From positions 19,385 through 83,384 of IMG/VR virus record IMGVR_UViG_3300007177_000352: DNA of 64,000 bases. One strand, given 5' to 3'. Both the position numbers and the translations under genes were made by a program. This DNA comes from a virus. Its lineage: Duplodnaviria; Caudoviricetes. Shown piece after piece: positions 1 through 9,370 of this stretch. The stretch's first letter is position 1. Each line of letters opens with the position of its first letter. The notes under the pieces are model-generated. The model ran no database searches. It was not told the origin of the DNA and saw nothing but the letters and a program-made list of their open reading frames with translations.

Positions 1-846
1 GATTTACAGCCTGCTGTCCAATTTAAGCGGTATCTCAAATCCTTTGAGTATCCAATACCGCTATCACCCGAAGTTAATCAACCTAACCCAATTGAATTTA
101 CATCCTTAATTACAGGAGGTTTAACTATGGCCCTACCTAATATGCCACCCAAAGAAACTGGAACTGGTGACTCTAAAGAAGCTACTCAGGCACAGAATGC
201 CCAGACGGATAGTAGTAAGAAAACGTCGCCCGATTCCACATCAAAAACAGAGATGGAATCAACTGACTCGGTTGCTTTTGAGCTAGCCATTGAGACCCCG
301 GCGCCTGCCATGCCACCAGCCATGCAACCAGCCGCTCCCCCCGCACAACCCAAACCTACGGCACCACCGCCCGGCATGGTGATTATGAGTGAACACGAAA
401 GACAACTCCTCTTAAACCAAGGTGTTGCCTCCGCCGCTGAAGCCATGCTATCAAGTGCGCAACTTTACGTCAGCCAGTTGCAAGCCGCCGGTAAAGTCAC
501 CCCTGCATTGCTAGACGGGATAGCTGACTTCATTTGCTTCTTAGAACGTCTTGACAGTCCTAATCCGATTTTTGCTTATGCCGCGGCGGTTAATCCAAAG
601 TCAGCACCCAAGCAATTAACTTACATAGACAGCCAAGGTCACTCTACTCAAGTACGCCCGGTGGATTACTTCAAAGCCTTATTGCAGAAGCTACCTACCC
701 AAGTGGACCTGGGTAAGCGTCACGAGTTTGCCGCTATGCCGGTATCAGACCCAGCAGCGGAATTTGAAAATGTAGTCAATGGAATCACCCGCGGTTTTAG
801 GATTCCAAAACCTGCTAACACTCCACCCCTAACTCAATATAGATAG
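1..846 (+). CDS. Mu gpI-like prohead protease/scaffold, 5'-truncated by the window; probable scaffold product from internal ATG at 127
   Basis: Frame is open from base 1 (DLQPAVQF...) into the 127..846 ORF. AGGAGGT RBS lies just before ATG 127. Pro/Ala-rich linker and helical C-terminus. Lies directly upstream of decoration and capsid genes. Confidence 0.6.
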   Translation, partial: DLQPAVQFKRYLKSFEYPIPLSPEVNQPNPIEFTSLITGGLTMALPNMPPKETGTGDSKEATQAQNAQTDSSKKTSPDSTSKTEMESTDSVAFELAIETPAPAMPPAMQPAAPPAQPKPTAPPPGMVIMSEHERQLLLNQGVASAAEAMLSSAQLYVSQLQAAGKVTPALLDGIADFICFLERLDSPNPIFAYAAAVNPKSAPKQLTYIDSQGHSTQVRPVDYFKALLQKLPTQVDLGKRHEFAAMPVSDPAAEFENVVNGITRGFRIPKPANTPPLTQYR

Positions 847-857
847 AGGAGTCACCT

Positions 858-1502
858 ATGAGCTTATACACACGAGTTGACTTAGCAGTAGATAATCTGC
901 TTGACGTAGCTTATCCGATACATACTGAGTCAGCTACCATCACCACTGGTACCTTATCTGCTGGCGCCGTTTTAGGACGGATTGCTACGGCAGTGGGTAC
1001 TCCAAGTTACGGCGCCGATAACACTGGCAACGGTACGATAGGCACCATTAGTTTAGGTGCCCAAGTCATTGGTGGGGTTTATCAACTTTCTTGCAACACC
1101 GTCGCTACTTCCGGGAGTACCGCTAAATTCACACTCACTGACCCACTAGGTAGTGTGATTAGTACCACCGTAGGGACGGGTTCGCAAACTACCACGACCC
1201 ACTTAGTTTTCACGATAACAGCCGGGGGAACGGCCTTTGCCATTGATGACGTAATCTTAGTTCCCGTGTTAGGTTCAAATTACAAACTCTCGGCGACGGC
1301 GGCGGTGGACGGGTCGGCAACCCCGGTGGCTGTCTTGCTACAGGATACCGACGCCAGTTCCGCGGAACAAACGGCGCCGATTCTATTAGCAGGTCGGGTC
1401 AATACGCGGGCACTGAGTTATGGCACTGGACACAGTGCCGGCACCGTCAAGTGGCCGTTGCGTACTGTAGGTATTCACTCCGTGGCATTCCACTCTAACT
1501 AA
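858..1502 (+). CDS. Head decoration protein (lambda gpD-like) with an inserted Gly/Thr-rich beta domain
   Basis: N-terminal 'LSAGAVLGRI' and C-terminal 'DGSATPVAVLLQDTDAS...L' segments. Located between protease and capsid E. Confidence 0.8.
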   Translation: MSLYTRVDLAVDNLLDVAYPIHTESATITTGTLSAGAVLGRIATAVGTPSYGADNTGNGTIGTISLGAQVIGGVYQLSCNTVATSGSTAKFTLTDPLGSVISTTVGTGSQTTTTHLVFTITAGGTAFAIDDVILVPVLGSNYKLSATAAVDGSATPVAVLLQDTDASSAEQTAPILLAGRVNTRALSYGTGHSAGTVKWPLRTVGIHSVAFHSN

Positions 1503-1513
1503 AGGAAACTGAT

Positions 1514-2629
1514 ATGACAATCAATGATTTGTTATTGAATCCGGTGACGTTGCTACAGGCTGTGAAAACTGTTCCACCCCTGTCAACGTTTCTCCGTGAC
1601 TTTCTGTTTAAAGAAACGCAACAATCCTCTACCGTTCAAATCGCAATAGATGAGATAGTTGGCAACCGTCGACTAGCCCCTTTTGTTGCTTCTAATGCAG
1701 TGGCACCCAATGTTGAACGCACGGCATTTAGCAGTAAGATTTATCGCCCCCCTTTGGTCAAGGCGAAAAAGAATCTACAGGCTCTTGATGCGCTTAACCG
1801 CCTTCCAGGTGAGCTTCCATTTACCACGGGTGCGGCGTTTGATAGTCAGGAACGCGCTATGGAATTGCTAGGCTGGGAATTGCAAGAATTGAGTAACCGT
1901 ATCGGTCGCCGTGAAGAATGGATGATTAGTCAATTGCTTGATACTGGTTCTATCGCTGTTTCTGGCGACGGAATCAATGAAACGATAGACTATGAAATGC
2001 CAGCGGGTCACAAGGTCACATTGACCGGTAATGACCTATTTAGCAGTTCTAACTGCGACCCGATTGCATTATTTACGGAATGGCAACGTCTTATCCAAAA
2101 AGATGGCAAACTAGGTCCTGCTGACTTCGCAATCATGGGTAGAGATGTGCGTGACGCCTTCTTATCACACCCAAAAATCTCACCTAACGCCACCTCTGTA
2201 CTAAACACACTACGGGTTGATTTAGGTGTGATTAATCCTAACGCACTTCCCAACGGTGCCGAGTTTTTGGGTACGCTAAAGGGACTGGGTGGACTCAATC
2301 TGTATGCTTACAATGAGTATTACGAAGATGATAATGGGGTCGTCCAGGACATGATGCCGGCGGATAAGATTTATATTGGTTTTAGCCGTGCCCGCAACAT
2401 CTTTGCTTATGGCGCCATCCAAGACCTCCAAAGCCCGACGGTGGCAAATAACATGTCACGGATGCCAAAGGGTATCCCGACACTCCCTCGTAATAACACT
2501 TATGCCATGTCTCGTTTCCCTAAGACGTGGTTTACTGAGGAGCCGTCAGCGCAAATTCTGATGATGCAATCGGCACCATTACCCATTATGGTACAACCCA
2601 ATTGCTTCATGAGTATCAAGGCCGTCTAA
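1514..2629 (+). CDS. Major capsid protein (lambda gpE-like, Phage_cap_E)
   Basis: 371 aa. Motifs 'RRLAPFV', 'I.RREEWM..Q.L.TG' and 'MQSAPLP...PN' are typical of gpE-family capsids. Confidence 0.92.
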   Translation: MTINDLLLNPVTLLQAVKTVPPLSTFLRDFLFKETQQSSTVQIAIDEIVGNRRLAPFVASNAVAPNVERTAFSSKIYRPPLVKAKKNLQALDALNRLPGELPFTTGAAFDSQERAMELLGWELQELSNRIGRREEWMISQLLDTGSIAVSGDGINETIDYEMPAGHKVTLTGNDLFSSSNCDPIALFTEWQRLIQKDGKLGPADFAIMGRDVRDAFLSHPKISPNATSVLNTLRVDLGVINPNALPNGAEFLGTLKGLGGLNLYAYNEYYEDDNGVVQDMMPADKIYIGFSRARNIFAYGAIQDLQSPTVANNMSRMPKGIPTLPRNNTYAMSRFPKTWFTEEPSAQILMMQSAPLPIMVQPNCFMSIKAV

Positions 2630-2637
2630 CCGTCTAA

Positions 2638-3189
2638 GTGGTTATTATCATGTACACGTCACCTCTGGCAATGATGCAACAATTTGGAGTCCAACGACTC
2701 ACTAAGTACGCCTCTCCGATAGACGCGGTGGTAATCAAAGTCGTCCCGGCGGCGGTACTACGGGCTGCTATTGTTGGAGGTGATATGTCTCCTTATTCCG
2801 ATGAACAAGTGGAGTTAGCTAATGCCGCCTTAGTTCGCATTCAGGAAAATATAACAGCGGCGGAGAGTGTCGTAAATGCTTACTTAATCCGCCGCTATCA
2901 AGTTCCTCTTAGTATATCTCTCTTGACTGCGAATCAAGAATTACTCAGTCGGCATACTAATTCAATTGCACGCTATCTACTCGCGGCCCATAAGCCAAGT
3001 GTAGCTATCAAGTCGGCTTATGATACTGCAATTAGCTGGTTAGATGATATAACCAGTGGAACTCGCGGGGGACTCAGTTTAGGTGAGGGCGACATAGATG
3101 CAAGTGTCACTTACCCAACCTTAACTCCCCCATTCTCGGTTAAACAAAGTGCAAGCAAGGTACCTTGGCAATGTTACAAGCGAATTTAG
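2638..3189 (+). CDS. Mu gp36-like (DUF1320) head-tail connector
   Basis: Motifs 'AES.VNAYL..RY.VPL', 'IARYLL' and 'YD.AI.WL..I..G...L.LG'. Alternative start ATG 2650. Confidence 0.78.
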   Translation: MVIIMYTSPLAMMQQFGVQRLTKYASPIDAVVIKVVPAAVLRAAIVGGDMSPYSDEQVELANAALVRIQENITAAESVVNAYLIRRYQVPLSISLLTANQELLSRHTNSIARYLLAAHKPSVAIKSAYDTAISWLDDITSGTRGGLSLGEGDIDASVTYPTLTPPFSVKQSASKVPWQCYKRI

Positions 3190-3614
3190 ATACTAGAAGA
3201 GTCGTGAAGCAACTGAATAATCTCGGTGTACAAGTCAATGACCTCAGTTATCCGTTTAAAGAGATAGGCGAGTACATGATGACTGAAATAGCCATGCGTT
3301 TTGAACGTGGTGTTGACCAAGATGGTAAACCTTGGATACCATCTAAACGTGCGAAGCGAGACGGCGGGAAGACATTAGTAGATAAGGCCATTCTAAGACA
3401 ATCCATAGCTTACAAAGTCAGTGATGATAGCGTTGAGATAGGCGTTGGCAAGTTCCCCACTTACGCACGTATTCACCAAATGGGTGGTAAAACTGGACGA
3501 GGCCACCGAGTGACTTTACCACCCAGACCTTATTTAGGAATCAATGAAAGTGATAAGGAGGAGGCACAACGTATCATTACTCACTTCTTAGAAACAGCAA
3601 TAATGAGGAGGTAA
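3165..3614 (+). CDS. Phage virion morphogenesis protein (Mu gpG-like)
   Basis: Motifs 'RF..G.D.DG.PW.P', 'YARIHQ.GG' and 'LP.RPYLG'. Confidence 0.86.
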   Translation: MAMLQANLDTRRVVKQLNNLGVQVNDLSYPFKEIGEYMMTEIAMRFERGVDQDGKPWIPSKRAKRDGGKTLVDKAILRQSIAYKVSDDSVEIGVGKFPTYARIHQMGGKTGRGHRVTLPPRPYLGINESDKEEAQRIITHFLETAIMRR

Positions 3615-3618
3615 CAAA

Positions 3619-4002
3619 ATGGCAATCATTACAGATTACATGAAGGATAGGTTAATAAAACACCTCTTAGGCCGTGAGACTTTACCACCTATCACTGAGG
3701 TTAAATTAGCACTTTATACTAAAGCTGACGGATTACAAACGGATAACCCGACGGGGGAGGTAACCGATGTGAATTATGAACGTCATTTAGTCACCTTTAA
3801 TGAGTTTGGTGTAAGTGACCCATTCCACTTTAACGGCTTTGCAACTGAGGTGACTATCACACACCAAGCGTTGGTAGGTCAAGTAGAAGGGGAGGATAGA
3901 ATCTTAATAGCTATACCTTTCGCAACGCCAGTTACACCTTTGATAGGTCAGCCGTTGTGGTATGAAACAGGTAAAGTGACAATGGAACTTACTACAATCT
4001 AA
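3619..4002 (+). CDS. Small virion/tail-associated beta protein, paralog 1
   Basis: Pattern 'DY...LI.HLLG....P....LALYT...EV....YER..V.F' is common in phage tail modules. Paralogous to 4022..4402. Confidence 0.55.
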   Translation: MAIITDYMKDRLIKHLLGRETLPPITEVKLALYTKADGLQTDNPTGEVTDVNYERHLVTFNEFGVSDPFHFNGFATEVTITHQALVGQVEGEDRILIAIPFATPVTPLIGQPLWYETGKVTMELTTI

Positions 4003-4021
4003 AATCTAAGAGGAACTTATT

Positions 4022-4402
4022 ATGGCTGGCATCTTTACAACTTACGCGGCTGACAAAATCAGAAAACTGATAACTGGAAACGAGGCGTTCCTTTTGCCTA
4101 ATAATTTAGCAGTCGCCATATACACTGGCACTGATGGTATTAAGGACAATACGCCGACTCAAGAGGCAAGCTATAGTGGGTATGAACGGGCATCCATTAT
4201 CTTTAATTCTAGTGGAGTAAGCTCGCCTATTTCATTCATAGGCCCGCCGACCGAGGTAGTGATTACTCATGTAGGAATTATTGATGTGGCGGAGGATAAG
4301 ATTTTATGGGCGGCACCGTTATCAGAACCGGCGACCTTGACACCCGGTAAACCTCTGTTTTTTGACAGCGGTGACATATCTGCCGTCATAGATACGATAT
4401 AG
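4022..4402 (+). CDS. Small virion/tail-associated beta protein, paralog 2
   Basis: Shares 'A.YT..DG...NP/T.E.....YER...F' and 'EV.ITH' with 3619..4002. Confidence 0.55.
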   Translation: MAGIFTTYAADKIRKLITGNEAFLLPNNLAVAIYTGTDGIKDNTPTQEASYSGYERASIIFNSSGVSSPISFIGPPTEVVITHVGIIDVAEDKILWAAPLSEPATLTPGKPLFFDSGDISAVIDTI

Positions 4403-4410
4403 GTGTTCAA

Positions 4411-5211
4411 ATGATAACTGTGATAGCTTCTGCAAGTAGCACTGGTTTAGCACAAACCTCTCCTATTTTAGCAAGCGTGGCAATTGATATTGCAAGTAGT
4501 CAGGGACTGGTGAGTCCTCATGTTATAACCAGTCATTCAGTGACTCAGTTTTCAGAATCATCTGCATCAGTGACTCCTTTTGAATTAATCAGTCAAGATT
4601 TCATAAGTGCAATTCAGTTATCAAGTGATTTTTCTGGTCAAATAAATACCAGCGAGAGCTTTGCTAGTGAGGTGATTTTAACTCTTAAAGCCCCTCCTAC
4701 TCTCTCCTCGACTGCCAGGCGGAATATCGTCTTAAAGTTAAGAGAAGACCTTTATGGTGAGATTCGTATTGACGATTTGACCAGTGAAGTGACTCAGGTA
4801 GAGGGGACGACAGATTTTAGAGGAGTCTTAACAGAGGACCAGGTATCAAGTACACCGTCAGTATTTGTGATGAGGTTGCGTACTCAAGCATCTGCTAATT
4901 CAAATCTAGGTTATGACGTAAGACAACAGGTGGAGGATTACTTTGGTATTCTCCTTGTTGCTGACAATATCACAGACGAGTATGGTGTCAACTCAATGGA
5001 TGTAATTTGGGCAATGCACTCTAAAATCATTGATTCATTACTGGGGTGGCAACTCCCAGCAACTGAATTTGATAGACCTACCATGCCGTTGGCCTACCGG
5101 GGTGGAGTGGCATACGGATTAGAGTTGGATTCATACCATTGGCTAGACCAATTCTCCTGCACATCACAAATTTGCAGTTATCGGAATCGGACTCAGCCTG
5201 CTACATTTTAA
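4411..5211 (+). CDS. Tail terminator-like (Mu gp37-like) protein with Ser-rich N-terminal extension
   Basis: C-terminal 'PSVFV', 'FGILLV', 'I...LLGWQ.P' and 'L.Y.GG......W.DQF'. Immediately upstream of the tube gene. Confidence 0.55.
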   Translation: MITVIASASSTGLAQTSPILASVAIDIASSQGLVSPHVITSHSVTQFSESSASVTPFELISQDFISAIQLSSDFSGQINTSESFASEVILTLKAPPTLSSTARRNIVLKLREDLYGEIRIDDLTSEVTQVEGTTDFRGVLTEDQVSSTPSVFVMRLRTQASANSNLGYDVRQQVEDYFGILLVADNITDEYGVNSMDVIWAMHSKIIDSLLGWQLPATEFDRPTMPLAYRGGVAYGLELDSYHWLDQFSCTSQICSYRNRTQPATF

Positions 5212-5229
5212 ACTTAGAGGTACATAATT

Positions 5230-6723
5230 ATGGCATTTCAATCTTGTGGACTCATGTCCAAAAAAATCGGTGCGTTAATCGGCGAGGAAGTTACTTACGG
5301 AGTTGACCCGCTATCATATACGGTCATTCCAGTGAATAGTGGTGCGGACTTCAAAATGGAAAATGACATGCAGGAACGCACCATGGTAATGCCGAACTTC
5401 TCACCTGTTGGCAAACTCAGTGGGTCAATGTCAGCTACGTCAACTATTCCAGTGGAGTTCTTAGGCGGCGGCGTTGATGAAGACCAAAAAGTTCAAGCGC
5501 CTTTCTATGATACCTTGATGCAAGCGAGTGGATTGGTGAAGCAAACTATCTACTTGCTGAATTGCACGGGTAGTACCGGGACGTGGTCAACCACTGAGAC
5601 GATAACACAAGCGGCCACCAAGGCAATTCATTTGGGAACAGCTAACCTATCAAGCGGGCACGATTGGAGTGGTACATCTCAAAAATTCTCAATCAACGTC
5701 AATGACGGCGGATTGACCGAGGTAACTCTTGACAGTGCCTGCACAAATGTCAGTGAGGTCGTGACTGAAATTAATTCACAGTTAAGTACCGCGGGCGTGA
5801 CTGGGGCCGAAGCCTATGCAAGTACCAATTACGTTGGCATTCGTACCACAACTGTCGGAGCCGATAAGACTATCGTCCTGGCCACCGGGAGTCCTAATGC
5901 ACTCACTACACTAGGCTGGACGGCTGGAACTTATACAGGCACCGCGGCGGTCACCGGGAGTTTGTTAGATGCTAGGAGTACGGGTGGAGGCGTAGCTACC
6001 TTGACGGTAATAACGTCGGGTGATTTTGGGATAGGCACTGTTACCGGGGCCGGCGGAGGTTCGGCAACGGTTGCAATTGCAACGGACGGAATTGCTTATA
6101 CGCCTACCAGTGTATGTGCAAATATGAAATCATTGACACTGCATTTCATTCGTGATATGATGAAACATATATCCACTGGAATGCGGGCCGACCCGACTTT
6201 CACCTTTGAAGTGGGTAAGCTGGCCACCGCTTCTTTTGCACTCACGGGCTTATATACTGACCCTACTGACACGTCTCCTCCGGCGGCTACGGTGCCTAGT
6301 GTTTTACCGTTCCCATTGATGGGTGCAACGATTGTCATTGGTGACCTGTCGCCCACGCTAATGGCTTGCAGTAAGTTAGAACTCAAGCTAGGCAATACGA
6401 TAACCAAGCACATGGACTTATCTGATAGTAACGGTATGTCCAGTGTCGGTATCACGGGCCGCAAGCCAACGGGTTCTATTGACCCACTGGCGCCCTCCTC
6501 CTTAACTGACTTCAATCCGATTGCTATTGCAAAGGCTGGCACCAAACTAAGGATAGAGGCATTATTTGGCAGTACCCATGGCAACCGTTTCAAAGTGGTG
6601 ATTCCGTATGCCCAATTGGATATGCCAGAACTGGGTGACCGGGAGGAACTGGTTGTCTATAATCTCAACTTTACTTGCACTGGCAATAAAGGCGACGACG
6701 AGTTTTATATCGCTTTCGTATAA
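5230..6723 (+). CDS. Tail tube (major tail) protein with large inserted accessory domain(s)
   Basis: N-terminal 'E.TYG.DP' and C-terminal 'GR.P.GSI.P.A' / 'G.T.GN...V.IP.AQ' tube motifs flank a Thr/Gly-rich insertion at about 5545-6085. Confidence 0.8.
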   Translation: MAFQSCGLMSKKIGALIGEEVTYGVDPLSYTVIPVNSGADFKMENDMQERTMVMPNFSPVGKLSGSMSATSTIPVEFLGGGVDEDQKVQAPFYDTLMQASGLVKQTIYLLNCTGSTGTWSTTETITQAATKAIHLGTANLSSGHDWSGTSQKFSINVNDGGLTEVTLDSACTNVSEVVTEINSQLSTAGVTGAEAYASTNYVGIRTTTVGADKTIVLATGSPNALTTLGWTAGTYTGTAAVTGSLLDARSTGGGVATLTVITSGDFGIGTVTGAGGGSATVAIATDGIAYTPTSVCANMKSLTLHFIRDMMKHISTGMRADPTFTFEVGKLATASFALTGLYTDPTDTSPPAATVPSVLPFPLMGATIVIGDLSPTLMACSKLELKLGNTITKHMDLSDSNGMSSVGITGRKPTGSIDPLAPSSLTDFNPIAIAKAGTKLRIEALFGSTHGNRFKVVIPYAQLDMPELGDREELVVYNLNFTCTGNKGDDEFYIAFV

Positions 6724-6818
6724 CAATTTACCCATAGCCAGTTGCATTGCTTAACATCGTAATTGCACTGGCTATATTCAATTTCTTTTACAAGCCCAAT
6801 GATGGGCGAGGTCAATTT

Positions 6819-7334
6819 ATGGCATTAACGTTAAGTAGTGTAACGAATCAAAAAAGCGTCCCTGTCTTCATAGGTGACGGAGAGCGTGACAAGGTATTGT
6901 TAGGAATTAAATTCCTACTCATGGATGACGAACGGTGGGGGAAGATGATTGGGGAACTCATTGATGAAGATAACCCATCTGGTGACGCGGCTAATGAAGG
7001 TGGCGAAGAGAAGCGGCCCAAACGGAAGTTTATTGAATCCTTACGGGTGAATAAAAAAGCCGTGTTCAAGGTATGTAAGGAAGTGGTTATCTTGAGTGAG
7101 TCGGGTCTTCAATTGAACCTTGAAGTGGCCGACGTAGATAGTGACGGTAATCCACAGTATGACGAATTTGGTGAGGCAATCACCCGCATGGTAACAGCCG
7201 ATTTGAAGAAAGGTGATAAGCTGGAAGGTGAAGCACTGGCCGCCTTCTTTAGTTTTGTGGCAACGGTTCAACAAGTAGTGGATTACTACTCGAAGCACGT
7301 AGTGAATGTCCACCAGCGTGACAAAAAAAAGTAA
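6819..7334 (+). CDS. Tail assembly chaperone G
   Basis: Follows the tube gene and ends in a slippery A-run. ATG 6819 (RBS GAGG) is preferred over 6747. Confidence 0.65.
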   Translation: MALTLSSVTNQKSVPVFIGDGERDKVLLGIKFLLMDDERWGKMIGELIDEDNPSGDAANEGGEEKRPKRKFIESLRVNKKAVFKVCKEVVILSESGLQLNLEVADVDSDGNPQYDEFGEAITRMVTADLKKGDKLEGEALAAFFSFVATVQQVVDYYSKHVVNVHQRDKKK

Positions 7335-7774
7335 CCCAATACCGTAACCTCTTTGAGGAGGATAATCTTATTGAGGTTGCAAACTACTGGGCGAGTGGTC
7401 AAAGTAGTAAGGATAAACCAATGGAGGAGGTTGAATCTGAAATTAACCTCCTCGTTGACCCAGAGACCGCGGCCAAGCTAGTCGAACAGTTGAAACGCGA
7501 TGCAACCCCGGACGAGTGTCATATCCTCCCTAAAAATTGGGAAACGTTTCTTTTTTGGCAACGTATATCCAGTCACTGGTTATACGGTGCCATGGGTGGT
7601 ATCTTAGGTTTAGACTGGGGGACTGTGTATGCAAAGGTGAGCCTTTATCACCAGTCCCCACCAGAGGAACTGAAAGAGCGTTACGGTTTTGAAAGAGTCA
7701 CTTTGATGATGATTGAGGGTGTGGAGGCTATGGAACGTGAGGCAAGGCGGGTGCTAAATGAAGACAATAAGTAG
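7322..7774 (+). CDS. Tail assembly chaperone T part of the GT fusion (DUF1799-like)
   Basis: -1 frame reads ...NLIEVANYWASG...; motifs 'NWETF..W......W..G.MGG..GLDW' and 'ME.EA...LN'. Confidence 0.75.
   Translation, partial: QKKVTQYRNLFEEDNLIEVANYWASGQSSKDKPMEEVESEINLLVDPETAAKLVEQLKRDATPDECHILPKNWETFLFWQRISSHWLYGAMGGILGLDWGTVYAKVSLYHQSPPEELKERYGFERVTLMMIEGVEAMEREARRVLNEDNK
7325..7331 (+). other. Programmed -1 ribosomal frameshift heptamer A AAA AAG
   Basis: GAC AAA AAA AAG TAA at the end of G. The -1 frame is open from 7322 into the 7421..7774 ORF. Confidence 0.8.
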
Positions 7775-7841
7775 AGAATTACAGAGCATGGTTAACGTTT
7801 GTATGCAGTACAAACTGAGTATATTTCTTGAACGTGTTGAT

Positions 7842-8108
7842 ATGAATTGCTTCCCTAAGTCGCTTCACCCACTGATAGGAATCATAGGACTAGACATGAT
7901 GTTGCAGATATGCCTGCTTACTGATAAACTACGGATACCCAAAAAGGAGACCACTTTAAGGCGTAACTTACGTGGCAATCCTATCTATACGATTCTTTTA
8001 TCTCTCCCCTCTAGTAAGCTGACCTCTTTACTGAAAGAGTATAGAGGATGCCGTTTAGATATACCGAAATTTTCCACCTTGTGGAATCGTGTATTAAAAG
8101 GAGAATAG
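7842..8108 (+). CDS. Mor/C-like transcription activator (short)
   Basis: 'P.SL..LI.IIG.D..L', 'L.IPK' and 'Y.G..L.IPK' resemble the N-terminal part of Mu Mor/C. No obvious C-terminal HTH. Confidence 0.5.
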   Translation: MNCFPKSLHPLIGIIGLDMMLQICLLTDKLRIPKKETTLRRNLRGNPIYTILLSLPSSKLTSLLKEYRGCRLDIPKFSTLWNRVLKGE

Positions 8109-8109
8109 A

Positions 8110-8490
8110 ATGGACATAATCATAGAACTGATAAAAGAGAATCATGACCACATTACGAATTTAGTGGTTGCATATACGTTAGGATTACTTGGTGCTATTG
8201 TGAATTATCTAAGAATGCGGGATTTTAAGAATGGTTTTCAAATTGGCCGTATCTTTTTATCAGTGAGCTTTGTATCGCCTACAATATATATTCTGTCTGC
8301 AGGTTTTGTAGATACCAAATTGCAAATTGGATTGACGATTTTATCCGGGGCATTCCATGAGGAGGCACTTGGATTACTAAGGTCGCGATTTGAAAGTATG
8401 AAGAGTAGTATAGAAATGAAGAATGGCAGTGGTCTTATTAGGAAGGACGAATCTCAAGATAAGCCTAAACAAGGGGAGGAGACTCAATGA
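8110..8490 (+). CDS. Membrane protein, putative holin
   Basis: About three hydrophobic segments and a charged C-terminus. Confidence 0.45.
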   Translation: MDIIIELIKENHDHITNLVVAYTLGLLGAIVNYLRMRDFKNGFQIGRIFLSVSFVSPTIYILSAGFVDTKLQIGLTILSGAFHEEALGLLRSRFESMKSSIEMKNGSGLIRKDESQDKPKQGEETQ

Positions 8491-8987
8491 GTAAAGCAAA
8501 TGTGAATTGGCAGACCGTTGGATTTCTGTCGGTTATCTCAGTCCTCTTATTCAGTCTTCCTACCGGGGTAGGCAATGCTATCCTATTTGCGGCAACCAGT
8601 GCATTTGGATATTTTACACTAGGTAGAATGAATCGTAAGAAGTGGGATAACCCAGCGATTACGAAACAGGAACGCGGTAGGGGAGTGGTACTTATCACTT
8701 TCTATACCTTAATGTACACTCTTCTGGAAATAAGCTGGGTGATACAGAAGAATGGTGAATTGATAGGTAGCACCATAAATATAACGTGGGCATTACTAGA
8801 AGGTATTCAGGGAATCATACTGATGTATTTGCTGTTTCAAGTGAACCTAGAGTTGAACTACTATGGGAACACGGATTACAGTGACGAGGGGTTCTTAACC
8901 AAGGTATTGAAAGGACGTTTTTACAAACAAAGCAATTGGCCTCAAAAACCTAAGTCACGTAATAAAAACAATTCTACTAATAGATAA
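8487..8987 (+). CDS. Multi-pass membrane protein
   Basis: About four hydrophobic segments and a basic C-terminus. ATGA overlap with the previous gene. Confidence 0.5.
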   Translation: MSKANVNWQTVGFLSVISVLLFSLPTGVGNAILFAATSAFGYFTLGRMNRKKWDNPAITKQERGRGVVLITFYTLMYTLLEISWVIQKNGELIGSTINITWALLEGIQGIILMYLLFQVNLELNYYGNTDYSDEGFLTKVLKGRFYKQSNWPQKPKSRNKNNSTNR

Positions 8988-9007
8988 CAGAAGACAGAGG
9001 ACAGACG

Positions 9008-9370
9008 ATGGAAGTGATTAAATACTACCTAATGGTTATATGGGTGTGGTTAAAAGGGTTGCTGAATGTGCAAAACGATAGTGACCTGCTGTGGCTACTC
9101 ATTAACAAACTGATTACCCCAGATGTGCAAGCTCTCTTGACTGAGTTGATAAAGGAGGCATCCAGAATAGACATGAGTCCTATGGAAAAGAAACGCTACG
9201 TTATGCAGAGGTTAGACACTTTGCAGTCTCAGTTGCAGACCAATATCTACCTTATGAGGGGGGAGACTTTAAGCATGGCCGTGAATATTATGGTTGAATA
9301 TTTGCAGTTACATGGGGAGTTAAAACATCATACCAAGGTGGAGGTTAAGGAGGTTAAAAATGAGATTTAA
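9008..9370 (+). CDS. Hypothetical protein with N-terminal hydrophobic segment (possibly holin-like)
   Basis: N-terminal TM followed by a helical 'EKKRYV...L' region. Coupled to the portal start. Confidence 0.4.
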   Translation: MEVIKYYLMVIWVWLKGLLNVQNDSDLLWLLINKLITPDVQALLTELIKEASRIDMSPMEKKRYVMQRLDTLQSQLQTNIYLMRGETLSMAVNIMVEYLQLHGELKHHTKVEVKEVKNEI

